26,854 nt of DNA, from contig JARRQT010000040.1 in NCBI GenBank assembly GCA_037381445.1, positions 1 to 26,854 of the forward strand, in the 5' to 3' direction. Of this stretch, positions 1 to 9,186 are shown piece by piece (the stretch's first letter is position 1; each line of letters begins with the position of its first letter). The position numbers and the translations under genes were made by a program. The notes below the pieces were generated by a model, which did not search any database, was not told where the DNA came from, and saw only the letters and a list, made by a program, of their open reading frames with translations. The DNA is from Calditrichia bacterium. Lineage in GTDB: Bacteria > Calditrichota > Calditrichia > RBG-13-44-9.

Positions 1-650
1 TGCTGTGGATGGCGCTTTTGCGGAAGCTTCCCCGGCAGATAAAGAAATTTAACGATTTCAACCGGGACGGTCTCACCGGCTTTGAATGCGAGCGGAAAAA
101 TCTGGCCGTGGTGGGTGTCGGGAATATCGGTTCGGAGGTAGCGAAGATCGGGATGGGTCTGGGCATGCAGGTCGTCGGGGTCGATATTATTCAGAAGCAC
201 GACTTTGTTCACTATGAGTCCGTCGAGAAGGCACTGTCCGGAGCGGATATTATTGTGTGCGCCATGAACCTGACCGGAGAGAACATGGCTTACTTCAGCT
301 ATGCCCGTTTGAAAGCTGCCCGGAAAGGTGTTGTTTTTGTGAATATTGCGCGCGGTGAAATGTCTCCCGCGGCTGACCTGCTTCGGTTGATGCGGGAGCA
401 GCATCTGGGCGGTCTGGCCATGGACGTGTATAATCATGAAAGCGAATTGGCGGTGGCGCTGCGCAGCGGCAGAAAGAGCGAAGATGAAGAAGTGAAAGCC
501 ACCCTGGCGCTGTCCGAATATGACAATGTGATTTTTACGCCCCACAACGCTTTTAATACCGTGGAATCTGTGCAGCGGAAGGCGGAGCAGAGCGTTCAGC
601 AGGTCATCTATTATCTTGAAAACAGGGAATTCAAATGGCCGGTTCCCTGA
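1..650 (+). CDS. D-isomer-specific 2-hydroxyacid dehydrogenase (D-lactate dehydrogenase-like), 5' end probably outside window
   Basis: Rossmann motif VVGVGNIG, NIARG, DVY..E and catalytic TPHNA. The N-terminal part of the substrate-binding domain is missing, so the true start lies upstream of base 1. Confidence 0.9.
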   Translation, partial: LWMALLRKLPRQIKKFNDFNRDGLTGFECERKNLAVVGVGNIGSEVAKIGMGLGMQVVGVDIIQKHDFVHYESVEKALSGADIIVCAMNLTGENMAYFSYARLKAARKGVVFVNIARGEMSPAADLLRLMREQHLGGLAMDVYNHESELAVALRSGRKSEDEEVKATLALSEYDNVIFTPHNAFNTVESVQRKAEQSVQQVIYYLENREFKWPVP

Positions 651-659
651 TGACAAGTT

Positions 660-1664
660 TCATATTTTCCAGTGTTCAGAAAAGCGTGCATTGGGAAAAA
701 TAGAGCGTGCTTCAGCAAGCATCCGTTTTAATTCATTAGGCTGATACCTGTCCGATACGTGAAACAGAAAAAGGTTGTCCACATTGGCCGCTCGGGCGAT
801 TTCCGCAACCTGGGTGCAGGTCATGTGGCAGGTTTTATCCGCAAGGTCCTTGTGATCATGCAGATACTGACTTTCGCATATCATATATTTGATACCCTGC
901 AGGGAGGGCAGCAATCTGGCTCTTGCGGCTTCATCCATGAGAAAATCCGTCATGTAGGCAAGGGAATCTCCCGGCGTTTCTTCCAGCAGATCGTCCCGCA
1001 GTTTCTTCAAACTGTATTTCTCGTTTTCGATTTCTATGAAATCTCCCTTTTCACCGGCCGCCGATTTTAATTTTTCAATCCAAGGGCCGGGTTTGAGACC
1101 GGAAGTTTCCAGCCTTTCTTTGTTTACATTCAGATGCGGCTTCTCACGCACAATATATGCCATCGAGGGCGTCAAATGCTTCATCCGAAACGCCCCGATC
1201 CGGAAGTCATCATTTTCCAGCATGACACCGTTAAAAGGGCGCACACCGGCATCATGCGCATACTCAAATGCTTCGCTGGTCAGAAATCGCCGGCTTTTTA
1301 TATGATCGGGATAAATATCATTTACCAGCCACTGACCCGGCAGGTCTGCGGTGAGGTTCCACATATATCCCCGAAAGCGATGGTGGATAATCGTCGTCGT
1401 ATCCGGCGGACCCCAGATGACATTGGGTTTGGACTCGCGCTTGAAGTTCCTGCGGAAAAACAGGTCAAATCCTGCAACGTGATCCATATGCAGATGGGAA
1501 AAGAACAGGTGGTCGATCGCCAGGGTTTCCGAAAATTTCAGTTCCGTGAGACATTTATCGCCGCAGTCAAACTGCAGTCTGTAAAAAGCGTGCCCGCTGT
1601 TGACGGACACATGAAGCGCGTTATCGTAGCCTGGCCGACCCAATATCTGAAATTCGATGCTCAT
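660..1664 (-). CDS. Ribonuclease Z-like metallo-beta-lactamase-fold hydrolase
   Basis: Motifs FDCG, SHLHMDH (HxHxDH), KH..PS, GLKPGPW exosite-like segment, TDF, CESQY, HMT and FHVSDRY. Start taken at ATG 1664 (MSIEFQ) behind a GGAAAGGGGG RBS-like tract. Confidence 0.85.
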   Translation of the reverse strand: MSIEFQILGRPGYDNALHVSVNSGHAFYRLQFDCGDKCLTELKFSETLAIDHLFFSHLHMDHVAGFDLFFRRNFKRESKPNVIWGPPDTTTIIHHRFRGYMWNLTADLPGQWLVNDIYPDHIKSRRFLTSEAFEYAHDAGVRPFNGVMLENDDFRIGAFRMKHLTPSMAYIVREKPHLNVNKERLETSGLKPGPWIEKLKSAAGEKGDFIEIENEKYSLKKLRDDLLEETPGDSLAYMTDFLMDEAARARLLPSLQGIKYMICESQYLHDHKDLADKTCHMTCTQVAEIARAANVDNLFLFHVSDRYQPNELKRMLAEARSIFPNARFSEHWKI

Positions 1665-1756
1665 CGCACCCCCTTTCCGCATTTGCACAAGAGGAAAGAT
1701 AACGGGTGAATAACTTGAGATCTGACTATCTGTACTATAATTCCGGGTAATTTCAT
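1661..1756 (-). CDS. Putative 31-aa upstream small ORF (MKLPGIIVQIVRSQVIHPLSFLLCKCGKGVR)
   Basis: AGGAG lies 8 nt before the ATG at 1756. Its TGA overlaps the ATG of the RNase Z-like gene (ATGA). Confidence 0.35.
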   Translation of the reverse strand: MKLPGIIVQIVRSQVIHPLSFLLCKCGKGVR

Positions 1757-1867
1757 TGATCGGCTCCTGCCTTCCGGATCTTTTCCATTGTTTCTTTTGG
1801 CGTTTATTTCTGAACGCGGATGTTTAACCGATTCTTCCTACGAACAGTTTCGTCAATCAGAAAGCCT

Positions 1868-1910
1868 GACACTTTCGCCGCACGATTTATTTAAATGTAG
1901 TGAAAGTGTC
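1868..1910. repeat. Imperfect inverted repeat/hairpin between divergent genes
   Basis: GACACTTTC...GAAAGTGTC perfect 9-bp arms, extendable inward with G-U pairs on the + strand. Confidence 0.6.
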
Positions 1911-1949
1911 GTACAACTTTATTAATTTGTGCTTTTCTGATGAGAGTCG

Positions 1950-1960
1950 TTTGTTATATT
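1950..1960 (+). promoter_or_regulatory. Putative extended -10 promoter element TTTGTTATATT
   Basis: TGnTATATT 56 nt upstream of ATG 2017. The same 11-mer occurs upstream of the 20595 gene. Confidence 0.4.
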
Positions 1961-2016
1961 CCGGAAATTAAAAATCATATTCATAAAAGGATGCATCCGA
2001 AAGAGCGCTTCTTGCC

Positions 2017-3492
2017 ATGATTGAAGATATCGTAAAAATACATGACAGATACCAATTTGAAATCAAGCTTAATTATCAGCTTGAAAATGGTGCCAAAGAA
2101 AATGCCTATGAGGTAGAGACCTATTTTTTCATTCCAAACAGCCTTGGAGTAAACCGCCGGACCTACAGCAAAGACGACTTTTATCAGGATATAAAGAGCT
2201 ATGTCCGCTTTAAAACGCCCAGCTTGTTGCTGAGGCAGATATGTTCAGGCGAGGCAGCGCCGCTGGAAAACCTGAGAAAAAGTTTTGTGGAGCTGGCGGA
2301 AAATACGACCAGCTCCGCGATTTCAAGCTTTGAGTACCACAACAAGATGTTCAGCGCGATTCTTAAGAGTGCTCTGCGTGACCATATCAGTTTAATTTTT
2401 AAGAAGGAACATGCCGGCGATCTTTCGGATCTGGTTCACCGCTATATCGAGTCTACCCCCAAAATAGTTGCCGAATTCAGGAAACTGAGGAAAATAATTA
2501 ATGTCCCCTCGGTTTCGGAACAGGTGTTCGCCATCTATCTGTTCAGCGATGAGTACATCAGCCTGCTGGTGGAAAAATACACCTACGATTTGCTTGAGCT
2601 CCTGAAGAAAAAATCACAGAACGATTACGAAAAATTTTCCGGCAAATTGTTGGGAATCATTCACCGCGAGATCCAGCACCGGCAGCAGAATGGTTATCAC
2701 TCCGTTCCGGAAAACGACTCGGATAATGAGTCCCTGATATTCCGCTACAGTGTGCTCAAAAAGTATCTGGAAAGCGTGTTATATCTGAATACCGATGTGG
2801 AGCCGGAGGGGCGATTCTGGGAGCACTTCCTCTTGAGTCTTGCGGCGGGAATCGCCATGATTTTTGCAACCGGTGTCGCCTTTTTCAGCCAGCGCCAGTA
2901 TGGAAATTTTACCATACCCCTGTTTGTCGCCCTGGTCATCAGCTACATGTTTAAAGACCGGATCAAGGAAGTTTTCCGCGAATATTTCATGAGAAAAATA
3001 TCTCGGTCGCTTTTTGATCATAAAACAAAAATTTACATGAATTCCAAGTTCAACATCGGGAAATATCGGGAAGGTTTCTATTTTATCAGGACAGATAAAG
3101 TGCCGGAACCGGTGCTCAAAATCCGCAACAAGGATAGGACTCTGGAATTTGATAACAAGTTTGCAAATGAGAGCATCATTCTGTTCCGCAAACAAATCCG
3201 CATAAATCCGGAAATTTTCGAAAACATCTATTCCGACTATCAGGTGGATGGAATCAATGACATACTGCGCTTTAACGTCGAGCGTTTTCTCAATAAAATG
3301 GATAATCCGCGTAAAGCACTTTATGTTTTGACCGATGAATCATTCAAAAAAATTTACGGAGAACGGGTGTATCATGTGAATATGGTGATAAAATATACCA
3401 TGAGGCAGACCGTGACGCACAAACGGTTCCGGCTGGTGCTAAACCGCAACGGGATCAAAAGAATTGAAAAGGTGGCTGTGGTCACTGAATGA
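2017..3492 (+). CDS. Hypothetical membrane protein, 491 aa, two adjacent TM helices between large soluble domains
   Basis: Long clean ORF with hydrophobic hairpin FLLSLAAGIAMIFATGVAFF / FTIPLFVALVISYMF. No signal peptide and no recognisable catalytic motif. Confidence 0.85.
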   Translation: MIEDIVKIHDRYQFEIKLNYQLENGAKENAYEVETYFFIPNSLGVNRRTYSKDDFYQDIKSYVRFKTPSLLLRQICSGEAAPLENLRKSFVELAENTTSSAISSFEYHNKMFSAILKSALRDHISLIFKKEHAGDLSDLVHRYIESTPKIVAEFRKLRKIINVPSVSEQVFAIYLFSDEYISLLVEKYTYDLLELLKKKSQNDYEKFSGKLLGIIHREIQHRQQNGYHSVPENDSDNESLIFRYSVLKKYLESVLYLNTDVEPEGRFWEHFLLSLAAGIAMIFATGVAFFSQRQYGNFTIPLFVALVISYMFKDRIKEVFREYFMRKISRSLFDHKTKIYMNSKFNIGKYREGFYFIRTDKVPEPVLKIRNKDRTLEFDNKFANESIILFRKQIRINPEIFENIYSDYQVDGINDILRFNVERFLNKMDNPRKALYVLTDESFKKIYGERVYHVNMVIKYTMRQTVTHKRFRLVLNRNGIKRIEKVAVVTE

Positions 3493-3621
3493 TGATGCCG
3501 GAATCAGATTTTATTTCAAATCACAAAAATACCTGCTGTTCCTACTCTTAAAATGAATGGTCCGCATTGAATCTGTTATCCGGGCATTTTTCGGAAATTC
3601 CGATTATATAGTCGATGAAAT

Positions 3622-3656
3622 AAAAAACCCCATATCCCTTTCCAGGGATATGGGGT
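3622..3656 (-). terminator. Rho-independent terminator
   Basis: 13-bp perfect stem ACCCCATATCCCT/AGGGATATGGGGT with 4-nt loop, followed by a U-tract on the minus strand, just downstream of CDS 3681..4136. Confidence 0.9.
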
Positions 3657-3680
3657 CCTGAAATACAAAATCTATCTGAT

Positions 3681-4136
3681 TTATTTGATCTTCTGCGAGA
3701 AAATTATTTCTGATTCCTTTTGATCCGCCGCGATCCCGGAAGACTGCTGATCGCGATACATGCAGTCGACAATCTGGCGGTAAATTGTTGGATTATCCTC
3801 GAACTTCAGATTTCGCTTCAGAAAATCCATCGCCCACCTGTTCCCGATTTTATGCAGGGTAACGACCGCTAACTGCCGAACCCGCTCATTATTATGAAAC
3901 CGGTAAATATGCACCAGATCGAATCTGGCATTCTCCACATCCAGATAGTCACTGTAAGTGATGATCTGCTGCATGGCGGACTGCTGCAATCCGTCATTAC
4001 CGGAAGCAATTGCCATAACCAGATTTTTGCTGAAAGCATCCCAGTCTGTTGATGCCAGCTGGTCTTTATTCCCTGCCAGTGCGAATTGTGTTATAGTAAA
4101 CACGAAGACCACTAAAACTAATAGTAAGCGCTTCAT
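3681..4136 (-). CDS. Secreted HEAT-repeat-like protein
   Basis: Sec signal MKRLLLVLVVFVFTITQFALA, HEAT-like segment NERVRQLAVVTLHKIG..AMDFLKRNLKFEDNP, AGGGGG RBS. Confidence 0.75.
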   Translation of the reverse strand: MKRLLLVLVVFVFTITQFALAGNKDQLASTDWDAFSKNLVMAIASGNDGLQQSAMQQIITYSDYLDVENARFDLVHIYRFHNNERVRQLAVVTLHKIGNRWAMDFLKRNLKFEDNPTIYRQIVDCMYRDQQSSGIAADQKESEIIFSQKIK

Positions 4137-4399
4137 GACACGACCCCCTATATTAAATTAATATTGTATTAATTAATCAGGCTTGCCTGCCACCGTGCTT
4201 CGCCACTTTTTTGATGATGATTCCAAATAAAACTGAATATATTTACGGGGATTAATTTTAATTGGTTACAATAATATACCAAAAAATTTATATTATTTTT
4301 GGTGCCGGGAGCAGAAAGTCGGCTGCGCCGTAGCGCATATACCTGGTTTCTGTGCTCGCAACAGAGCTGTCACAATAATCCGTATTCTTCACTCTCCGG

Positions 4400-5179
4400 T
4401 TATTTTTGAACTTGTCTGCGGCTGGGATAAGCGGCGGCGTTGGTCCCTTCTTTTGCCAGCTCATCCTGCACATGAATCAACTGGTCGTTTGTCAGTGGAT
4501 CTATCTCTTTGGACGGATAGCCGCGGTCCAGCGTATAAATCTGCACAGCTATCGGGTGAATTTTCCTGAGAAGTCGCATCCAGGCTTCCAGATTATGTTC
4601 CGTGTAATTTCCCGCCTGACCGGCGGTGAACAGCGTCTGAATGGTAACCGCCGGGATTGCCGTCAAACCGCGGACAATCTTTTCCAGTGTGCTTCCTTCA
4701 CAGGGGCGGTTATAGGTTAGAAAACACTCCTCAGTACCGCAATCCAGTTTCATTATCTTTACATCCAGCTTGGCAATCGCATTGCTGACTTTGGGTTCAT
4801 CCGCGGTGGCTGAATTGGATAAGACAGCGGTCCTGGATTGCGGCGACAGGCGATCGCGAAGTTCGATCACACCGTCCACAATTTCTCCGAAACGGGGATG
4901 CAGGGTGGGTTCTCCATTTCCTGAAAAGGTAATGTAATCCGGTTTCGGAGACAAATGCGACAGCGAGGCTTCGATGGCCTGCAAGACGTCCGGTAATGCC
5001 GGCAGCAATCCCGGATATTCCACAGTTCTACCGTGAATTTTCGTCCATCCATACTGGCAGTAGAGGCAGTCGAAGGTGCATAATTTATATTTTATCGGCG
5101 AGAGGTTAATGCCCAGTGAACGTCCCAGTCTCCGGGAATTCACCGGCCCGTAAATGATTCCTTTTTGTAAACCCAGCAT
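4400..5179 (-). CDS. Radical SAM protein (COG0731/TYW1-like Fe-S oxidoreductase family)
   Basis: YGPVNSRRLGRSLGINL, CTFDCLYC (CxxxCxxC), ITFSGNGEPTLHP. Start at ATG 5179 with AAGGGAG RBS inside the 3' end of the upstream gene. Confidence 0.9.
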   Translation of the reverse strand: MLGLQKGIIYGPVNSRRLGRSLGINLSPIKYKLCTFDCLYCQYGWTKIHGRTVEYPGLLPALPDVLQAIEASLSHLSPKPDYITFSGNGEPTLHPRFGEIVDGVIELRDRLSPQSRTAVLSNSATADEPKVSNAIAKLDVKIMKLDCGTEECFLTYNRPCEGSTLEKIVRGLTAIPAVTIQTLFTAGQAGNYTEHNLEAWMRLLRKIHPIAVQIYTLDRGYPSKEIDPLTNDQLIHVQDELAKEGTNAAAYPSRRQVQK

Positions 5180-5180
5180 G

Positions 5181-6671
5181 TTAAAAACTCCCTTTATTGT
5201 TAAATTCATGTAAGGCGTCTCCCAGACGAGCGATGCCGGCCCGTATTTCTTCGGTATTCAGACTGGAGATTGAAAGCCGGAAATAGCGATGGGGACAGGA
5301 ACCACCGAAGAACATATCCCCCAGAGAAACCGAAACCTCATGACGATTCAGCAATTCTCTGATAGACTCCTCGCTGGAATAAGGTTTCTTGAGGTCAATC
5401 CAAATGGTATATCCCCCGTCCGGCTTTGTCCAGGTCATATTCTCCGGCATATGCTCCTGCAGGGCGTTCAGGGCGGTTTGCATCCGTTTGCGGAAGATGC
5501 GGTGCATTTTTTTGATGTGGAGATCATAATATCCGTGTCGCAAAAATGCGGAAACCGCCGCCTGCAGCAGGGTGCTGCCGGACAGGTCCGTAAAACGTTT
5601 AATCGCTGCGAGATGCCGTATGCAATATTTGTTGGCGGCGATCCATCCCAGGCGAATCCCCGGGAAGAGCACCTTCGAAAAGGTGCCCAGGTAGATGACG
5701 CTCTGATGGGTATCCATCGATTTTATGGGAAGCACCACCTTGCCAAAATATTTCATTTCCTCTTCAAATCCGTCTTCCACAATGGGCGTTTTGCAGGTAT
5801 TGGCCAGCGACAGCAATGCCTCCCGGTGGACCTGGCTGGTGGTAATGCCCGTCGGATTATGAAAATTAGGGATTGTGTATATGAAAGCCGGTTTATCATA
5901 TTTCAGATATTTTTCCAGTTGACGGAGGTCCATGCCGTCATCTAGCACGGGAACCGCCAGCACTCTCATTTTATGGTGGCGGAGAAGCGGAATGGCATTT
6001 GAATACGTGGGTGTCTCTATGGCTGCGGCGTTTCCTTTTTCTGCGAATAGGCTAAACACCAGGTCCATGGCCTGCTGGGCCCCGTTTGTGATCAGGATCT
6101 CTCCGGGAGTGATACTGATGCCGTGAATCTGCAGCCGTCTGGCAATATCTTCACGCAAAGGCTGGTATCCGGAATGATCACCGTAACCCAGAATTTCCGC
6201 TCCGTTATTCACCAGTACTTCATTCAGGCATCGCCTGAAATCATTGGTCGGATATACCCGGGAGTCCAATTGCAGCGGAGAGAAATCGATAATCTCGTCT
6301 GACGTCGGCAAGGATTTCACAGCGAGATGTTTTTGATAAATACCGGATAGATACCGGCTGGAATCACTCAAAGCATCGGGCCAGTTGATGATACTTTCCT
6401 CCGGTTCGCTGGCATTCTGAAACACCTTGGGGCGCTGCCGCACGGTGGTATAGGAACCGGGCCGGCTTGCGATGTACCCCAGGGCGGCCAGTTCCTGATA
6501 AGCCCGGTAAACCGTAGTGCGGTCCAATCCCAGCTTTTTAGCAAGGTCCCTGCTGGAGGGTAATATCGTCCCTTTTTCCAGGGAATCTTTTTCGATGAGA
6601 TCACTGATCTGCTGAATAATTTGCCGGTACACCGGCACGCGACTGCGCGGATCCACTTTCACCAGGAGCAT
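5181..6671 (-). CDS. MocR/GabR-subfamily GntR transcriptional regulator (wHTH plus PLP-dependent aminotransferase class I/II domain)
   Basis: PVYRQI...LPSSRDLAKKLGLDRTTVYRAYQEL..GYI HTH, ITNGAQQA, PNFHNPTG, IVED, GTFSKVLFPGIRLGW (PLP Lys). Start at ATG 6671 (MLLVKVD). Confidence 0.93.
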   Translation of the reverse strand: MLLVKVDPRSRVPVYRQIIQQISDLIEKDSLEKGTILPSSRDLAKKLGLDRTTVYRAYQELAALGYIASRPGSYTTVRQRPKVFQNASEPEESIINWPDALSDSSRYLSGIYQKHLAVKSLPTSDEIIDFSPLQLDSRVYPTNDFRRCLNEVLVNNGAEILGYGDHSGYQPLREDIARRLQIHGISITPGEILITNGAQQAMDLVFSLFAEKGNAAAIETPTYSNAIPLLRHHKMRVLAVPVLDDGMDLRQLEKYLKYDKPAFIYTIPNFHNPTGITTSQVHREALLSLANTCKTPIVEDGFEEEMKYFGKVVLPIKSMDTHQSVIYLGTFSKVLFPGIRLGWIAANKYCIRHLAAIKRFTDLSGSTLLQAAVSAFLRHGYYDLHIKKMHRIFRKRMQTALNALQEHMPENMTWTKPDGGYTIWIDLKKPYSSEESIRELLNRHEVSVSLGDMFFGGSCPHRYFRLSISSLNTEEIRAGIARLGDALHEFNNKGSF

Positions 6672-6847
6672 CGGGATTCTCTTATCAGAATAATTTTTAC
6701 AATATGAGCCGGGGGTTGAATGTGGTATTCGCTTCCCGCCCCATGACAATTAATTGAAAAATATTCATATTCAAACACACGCAAGGTCTTTAAATCCTTT
6801 AATCTTGTTCTCCGAGGCAACAAACATTTTGAGGATATGCATGTCTC

Positions 6848-7660
6848 TCAACCATTAAAAATGTATTGATCGAGTTTACAGTATTCCCGGAAACCCAGTT
6901 GCCGGTAGACCCCCCGGCCCATATCGGAAGCCCGCAAAACGGCCACCCGGTAGCCCAGCTTGCGGGCCTGCGCCATGGCTTTTGTGGTGAGTGCGGTTCC
7001 AATCCCCTGACCACGGGCAGGGGGCAGCGTGGCCACATTATAGATGCCCGCAGACCGGCCGTTTAGGAACAGAGAGGTCGCGGCGGTGGGTTCACCGTCC
7101 CATAAGCCCAGAAAGTGGATAAACGGCGGCTGAGATTTTGCGTAGGCTTGTGAGTATAAATCCAGCAGGTCCTGCAGTGCATTATCCGGGATGTGGAATC
7201 CATCCTGCACAATTTCAAGAAACAATTTCAAATCCCCTGAATTTTCCACTTTTCTTATGAATAATTCAGAAGCAGCGGGATAGGGTTCGGGGATATTATC
7301 AAGCACCGCAGCCATTGCCGGAGAAGACTCCTCCAGTGCAAATCCCTGAGATTCCAGATACTTCCCCAGGTTTCCGGGGCGGGTTGACGGGCCGATCCAC
7401 CAGCTGAAAGGAAGCTGCCTGGCCCGGAAATGGGCCAAAATATCCAAAACACTGTGCTCAATGTTTTCGGGCTGCAGGTGTGTTCTGAAAATGCCGTTCC
7501 ACTTTCCGTAGGGCAGGCCGGTATCCAGCCACAGGATATCCTCTTCATCGTGCAGTTCCGCACCGGATAAGCCGCTGAAAAATTTTCTGAATTCTATGAA
7601 ATTATCCTCGCAGGCCTGGGTAAGGGCTGTCGTTGATATATCAGTCAGTATCGGAGACAT
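6848..7660 (-). CDS. GNAT family N-acetyltransferase
   Basis: AGIYNVATLPPARGQGIG acetyl-CoA motif A and ASDMGRGVYRQLGF motif B. Start at ATG 7660 (MSPILT) after GAGGAAAG. Confidence 0.9.
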   Translation of the reverse strand: MSPILTDISTTALTQACEDNFIEFRKFFSGLSGAELHDEEDILWLDTGLPYGKWNGIFRTHLQPENIEHSVLDILAHFRARQLPFSWWIGPSTRPGNLGKYLESQGFALEESSPAMAAVLDNIPEPYPAASELFIRKVENSGDLKLFLEIVQDGFHIPDNALQDLLDLYSQAYAKSQPPFIHFLGLWDGEPTAATSLFLNGRSAGIYNVATLPPARGQGIGTALTTKAMAQARKLGYRVAVLRASDMGRGVYRQLGFREYCKLDQYIFNG

Positions 7661-7868
7661 GCTTTTTCTTTCCTCATTAATTCCAAGAACTCTTGCATTG
7701 ACTGTTAATATTAACAGAAAAATCGGCTGGAGTAAACAGCCAATTTTGAATAAATGCGGGCCGTCCAATTTTTGCTTTGTGAATAGTCGATTCTTTTGAG
7801 GGGATCAGGAAATTAACGCAGTGACCCTGAGAAATAAGCGGGTTGGTGACTAAACCAGGAATAACAAA

Positions 7869-8999
7869 TCATATTTCCGCAAGAAACCTGCCGATCAGTC
7901 CATTCAATTGGTCATATTCTATCAGAAATGCGTCGTGGCCGTGAACGGATTTGATTTCAGCATAGCGTCCGTTAGGAACTGCCGCGGTGATGGCGCGCTG
8001 CTCCTCCGGCGGATATAGAATGTCGCTGGAAATTCCTATGCATAGCGTTTGGGCCTTTATAGCTGCCAGAACGTCCTTTAATGGCGCGCGGTTTTCCGCC
8101 AGATCGTGGGAATCGATGGCCCGGGTCAGGTAAATATAAGTATTCGCGTCAAAGCGCTTAATCAGTTTTTGCCCCTGGTAGCGGAGGTAGTTCTCGATTT
8201 GAAATCCCGGCAGGGTGGCTGGGAACAATTCCCTGGCTCTTATCTCCTCGGCATCCGCAATCTGTTGTCTCCCGAATCTTGCCTCGTAGGAGGAAGCGGT
8301 GCGGTAAGATATCATGGCGGCCATGCGGGCGAGGGCAAGTCCCTGCACCGGCTGCTCCGTATAATTTCCCTTTTCCCACGCCGGATCATTCATGATGGCC
8401 AGTCGGGCAACCTCGTTTAAGCCGATCCCCCAGGCGGTATGCCGGGCCACCGTAGCGATAGGAATAATTGACTGCACCATCTCCGGATACATGACCGCCC
8501 ACTCAAGCGCCTGCATGCCGCCCAGTGATCCGCCTGCCGCTGTCACCAACTGGTTCACACCAAGACGCCTTAGCAGGGCGTTTTCCACCCTGACCATATC
8601 TCTTACCGTCATCTGCGGGAAATCCATGCGGTAGGGACCGCCCGTTTTCTCATTTGTGCTGGCGGGCCCAGTGGTCCCATAGCAACTGCCCAGTATGTTT
8701 GATGAAATGATAAAATATTTCCCGGGATCGAATGCCCGGCCCTTTCCAATGGCATTGCCCCACCAGCCGGGCCCGTTCGGATTGCGGTTGATTCGGGCAT
8801 TTTCCGGGCCGCTGCCGTCATCTGCTGCGTGGGCGCTCCCGGTAAGGGCATGACAAATCAGAATGGCGTTCGTGCCTTCCGGATTTAACTCTCCGTATGT
8901 TTCGAAAGTAACAGAAACAGGTGCCAGGGACGAACCGCAATCCATGAGCAGGGGATTCTCTGTCGTAAAAAGTGTAATATTCTCTGCTGAAAGCCGCAT
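7869..8999 (-). CDS. metX: Homoserine O-acyl(acetyl)transferase
   Basis: NAILICHALTG, GWWG..IGKG, NILGSCYGTTGP, GGSLGGMQ (Ser nucleophile), RFDAN.Y, SDILYP (Asp), HGHDAFL (His). The ALTG turn is the homoserine-type form, not the DcsE-like serine-type form. Confidence 0.95.
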   Translation of the reverse strand: MRLSAENITLFTTENPLLMDCGSSLAPVSVTFETYGELNPEGTNAILICHALTGSAHAADDGSGPENARINRNPNGPGWWGNAIGKGRAFDPGKYFIISSNILGSCYGTTGPASTNEKTGGPYRMDFPQMTVRDMVRVENALLRRLGVNQLVTAAGGSLGGMQALEWAVMYPEMVQSIIPIATVARHTAWGIGLNEVARLAIMNDPAWEKGNYTEQPVQGLALARMAAMISYRTASSYEARFGRQQIADAEEIRARELFPATLPGFQIENYLRYQGQKLIKRFDANTYIYLTRAIDSHDLAENRAPLKDVLAAIKAQTLCIGISSDILYPPEEQRAITAAVPNGRYAEIKSVHGHDAFLIEYDQLNGLIGRFLAEI

Positions 9000-9186
9000 C
9001 AGATTATTCTTTCAATCAAAAGTTGCTATTTTTTTGCGATGAAACAAGTCAGGCAAAAATTACGGTTTATTAAAAAGCCCGGAATTTAGTCCGACAAAAG
9101 AATAATATAATACCTGCTGATCAAGAACATAGGGTTTTAATTTTTTCAGAGTATGGGAATATTGGATAACGGTGGGCCTGAGGCAT

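Noticed and set aside
1134..1709. 191-aa plus-strand ORF
   Set aside because: Antisense shadow of the RNase Z-like gene with no recognisable motifs.
5289..5945. 218-aa plus-strand ORF
   Set aside because: Antisense to the MocR regulator.
7800..7860. CTGAGAAATA suggestive of a TPP riboswitch
   Set aside because: On the strand opposite the flanking genes and lacks the downstream CCTGA...TAAT...GCGTAGG core.
9000..9186. SAM riboswitch upstream of metX
   Set aside because: No SAM-I core elements (ATC.AGAG, GAGGGA..GGCCC, GCAACC, GGTGC) on the minus strand. An Rfam scan would be decisive.
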